Assembly: GCF_032191835.1 (NCBI RefSeq)
Contig: NC_083237.1
Location: forward strand, 12,214,001 to 12,278,000
Origin: Heteronotia binoei
Lineage: Eukaryota
DNA: 64,000 bases
Direction of reading: 5' to 3'
Positions 61,347 through 64,000 of this stretch are shown in pieces. The stretch's first letter is position 1; each line of letters begins with the position of its first letter. The notes beneath the pieces are model-generated. The model did no database searches, was not told the DNA's origin, and was given only the letters and a program-made list of their open reading frames with translations. The position numbers and the translations under genes are program-made.

Positions 61347-62043
61347 AAGAACATAAGAGAAGCCATGTTGGATCAGACCAGTGGCCCATCCAGTCCAACA
61401 CTCTGTGTCACATAAGAACATAAGAGAAGCCGTGTTGGATCAAGCCAGTGGCCCATCCAGTCCAACATTCTGTGTCACATAAGAGAAGCCATGTTGGATC
61501 AGGCCAGTGGCCCATCCAGTCCAACACTCTGTGTCACAGAGTGNNNNNNNNNNNNNNNNNNNNNNNNNNNNNNNNNNNNNNNNNNNNNNNNNNNNNNNNN
61601 NNNNNNNNNNNNNNNNNNNNNNNNNNNNNNNNNNNNNNNNNNNNNNNNNNNNNNNNNNNNNNNNNNNNNNNGATGGAGCTCCGCTCCATATTTTTATCCA
61701 ATCCCCTTTTAAAGCTGGCTATGCTTGTAGCCACCGCCACCTCCTGTGGCAGTGAATTCCACACATTAATCACCCTTTGGGTGAAGAAGGACTTCCTTTT
61801 TTCTTTTTTAACCTGACTGCTCAGCAATTTCATTGAATGCCCACGAGTTCTTGTATTGTGAGAAAGGGAGAAAAGGACTTATTTCTCTACTTTCTCCATC
61901 CCATGCATAATCTTGTAAACCTCGACCATGTCACCCCGCAGTCGACGTTTCTCCAAGCTAAAGAGCCCCAAGCGTTTTAAGCTTTCTTCATAGGGAAAGT
62001 ATTCCAAACCTTTAATCATTCTAGTTGCCCTTTTCTGCACTCC
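61347..62043 (-). mobile_element. CR1 3' fragment with three tandem termini, inserted in a palindromic MITE (gap at 61544-61671)
   Basis: CR1 ORF2 C-terminus on the minus strand. The MITE splits at AATCCT/CCAAGAG. Confidence 0.88.
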
Positions 62044-62194
62044 AAGAGTTGAGAGGGCTCTTAGTACAGGGCCCACTGTAAGCTCCAGGAGGATTGGCTA
62101 CATCAGTGGGGCGTGGCCTAATATGCAGAGGAACAGTACCAATTACCAGATCCAGTGCATGAAGCAATCCATTAGACCCATGGATCATTCTAGA

Positions 62195-63118
62195 CTAGGG
62201 TGTCCTACTGGACAGTCTCCTCAAGGCAATTTTTATGTCCTTGTTCCTCAGTGTATAAATGATGGGGTTCAGAAGTGGAGTCAGAGAAGTGTAGAACACG
62301 GCCACCATCCCATCCAGCGGCCCCTGGGATCCTGGCCTCAGGTAGATGAAGATGAGTGGAATGTAGTAAGTCACCACTAGGGTCACGTGGGCTGTGCAGG
62401 TGGAGAAAGCCCTTTGGCGCCCTTCTGCGCTGCGTATTTTCAGGACAGTGGACACAATATACACATACGAAGTCAGTATGAGAAAGAAGCAGGTTGTAGC
62501 TACCAGGCCAACATCGACCATGGTCACCGTCTCGTTGAGTGCAGTGTCGGCACAGACTAATTTCAGCACAGCTGGGATATCACAGAAGATATAGTTCACT
62601 TGGTTTCTCCACCCAAAGGGCAGGCGGAAAACAAGGGCCGTCTCCATCAATGAGTGAAGGCAGCCACCCAACCACGTGCCCACAGCGAGGGAAAGGCACA
62701 TCCTACGGTTCATGATGGTGGCATAATGGAGCGGTTTGCAGATAGCCAGGAAGCGGTCGTAGGCCATCACGGTGTAGAGGAAGCACTCGGTACAGCCCAG
62801 GAAGTGGAAGAAGAAAAGCTGGGACATGCAGCCACCAAAGGAGATGATCCCACCATTCTCCAAAAACCCGGTAATGATTTTGGGAACCACCACCGAAGAG
62901 ACGGTCACGTCCAAGAAGGACAAGTGGCAAAGGAACCAGTACATGGGCTTGTGGAGCTGGGAACTGAGCAGCACAGCCAACAGGATCACAAGATTTCCCG
63001 AGAGCGTCAACAAATAGACAAGCAGGAAGAAGATGAATAAAGGGCCCCTTAGATCACGGGGGTGGGGAAGCCCAATGAGGATAAACTCAGTCAATGACGT
63101 TTGATTTTCACATTCCAT
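62195..63118 (-). CDS. Olfactory receptor, class II, OR10G/10D-like, intact (307 aa)
   Basis: Start MECENQTS follows the acceptor TTTTGTATTGCAG-GG. Motifs MAYDRFLAICKPLHY, STCTAH and PLLNPIIYTLRNK. Confidence 0.96.
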   Translation of the reverse strand: MECENQTSLTEFILIGLPHPRDLRGPLFIFFLLVYLLTLSGNLVILLAVLLSSQLHKPMYWFLCHLSFLDVTVSSVVVPKIITGFLENGGIISFGGCMSQLFFFHFLGCTECFLYTVMAYDRFLAICKPLHYATIMNRRMCLSLAVGTWLGGCLHSLMETALVFRLPFGWRNQVNYIFCDIPAVLKLVCADTALNETVTMVDVGLVATTCFFLILTSYVYIVSTVLKIRSAEGRQRAFSTCTAHVTLVVTYYIPLIFIYLRPGSQGPLDGMVAVFYTSLTPLLNPIIYTLRNKDIKIALRRLSSRTP

Positions 63119-63300
63119 CCCTGCAATACAAAAGTTGTAGGTAAAATGAGCATGGAGAGAAATAGGGAACATAGAAGAGTAGCAGCTACATAGAACAGGC
63201 TTTGAATAATTCAGTTATAACCAGGGCTTCAGTTATAACCAGGGCAGGAACTCCTTTGCCTATTAGGCCACACACCCCTGATGTAGCCAATCCTCCAAGA

Positions 63301-63634
63301 CAGGGGTGGCCAAACTTTGGCTTGGGAGCAACACATATTGTGTGGCTCTTGAAGCTCCCACTGCCCTGTTGGCCAGCTTAGAGAAGGCATTTGTCTCTTT
63401 AAATCACTTCTCCAAGCCAAGCTAGCTGGCACCTTGGAGAATGCATTAAAGTTGCTTTCTTTCCACTTCTCCCTCCCTCTGATCTGCTTTCCTCCCTCCC
63501 TGTCTTGCGGCTCTCAAACATCTGATGGTCATGTCATGTGGCCCTCAGACATCTAATGTTCATGTTTTGCAGCTATCAGACATCTGACGTTTATTCTATG
63601 TGGCTCTTAAGTTAAGCAAGTTTGGCCACCCCTG
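63301..63634. mobile_element. hAT MITE nested in a palindromic MITE (about 63240-63760)
   Basis: TIRs CAGGGGTGGCCAAAC / GTTTGGCCACCCCTG, TSD CTCCAAGA/CTCCCAAGA. Confidence 0.82.
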
Positions 63635-63816
63635 CTCCCAAGAGCTTACAAGGCTCTTCTTGCAGGGCCTACTGTAAGCTCCAGGAGGATTGGCTACATT
63701 GGAGGGGAGAGGGGTAGCCTAAACTGCAAAGGAGTTCCTGCTACCAACAAAAAAAGCCCTGGTTATAATTGGAGCCACACTATTCCCATTGTAATTAACT
63801 CCAGGCCTCAGATTCA

Positions 63817-64000
63817 GAAGAAGAAGAAGAAGAAGACTGCAGATTTATACCCCGCCCTTCTCTCTGAATCAGAGACTCAGAGCGGCTTACAATCTCCTAT
63901 ATCTTCTCCCCCCACAACAGACACCCTGTGAGGTGGGTGGGGCTGAGAGGGCTCTCACAGCAGCTGTCCTTTCAAGGACAACTCCTACGAGAGCTATGGC
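63817..64000 (-). mobile_element. Squam3-like SINE (runs off the window)
   Basis: (GAA)n tail and 3' body. Confidence 0.88.

Noticed and set aside
63119-63172. 18-aa N-terminal extension of the last OR
   Set aside because: It overlaps the acceptor TTTTGTATTGCAG and is probably intronic.

Overview
This is vertebrate genomic DNA from a squamate reptile. The SINE, CR1 and hAT repertoire suggests a gecko, but that is an inference. The window is a class II olfactory receptor (OR) cluster of OR10G/OR10D-like genes. It holds seven OR loci: three on the minus strand (456-1381 pseudogene, 9870-10796 intact, 16016-16940 pseudogene), three on the plus strand (23209-24138, 33022-33972, 50061-50984) and one more on the minus strand (62195-63118). 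The loci arose by tandem duplication of gene plus flank, and each copy then collected its own transposons. These include a young full-length Mag-type Ty3/Gypsy LTR retrotransposon (1862-6541), two solo LTRs, CR1, L2, RTE/BovB, L1-like and Penelope fragments, many SINEs, and many hAT (8-bp TSD) and Harbinger-like (3-bp TSD) MITEs, often nested. Four observations stand out. (1) All seven ORs lack the normally near-invariant ECL2 Cys169 and all carry a Cys at residue 3, which suggests a rewired extracellular disulfide. (2) A Penelope-derived short insertion holds an apparently intact minimal hammerhead ribozyme. (3) A triplicated upstream block carries an invariant 21-mer plus O/E-like and homeodomain sites. 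(4) In one OR a single base change appears to have destroyed the splice acceptor and created a replacement start codon. Three N gaps are present. Family names come from motif recognition only; no database search was run.
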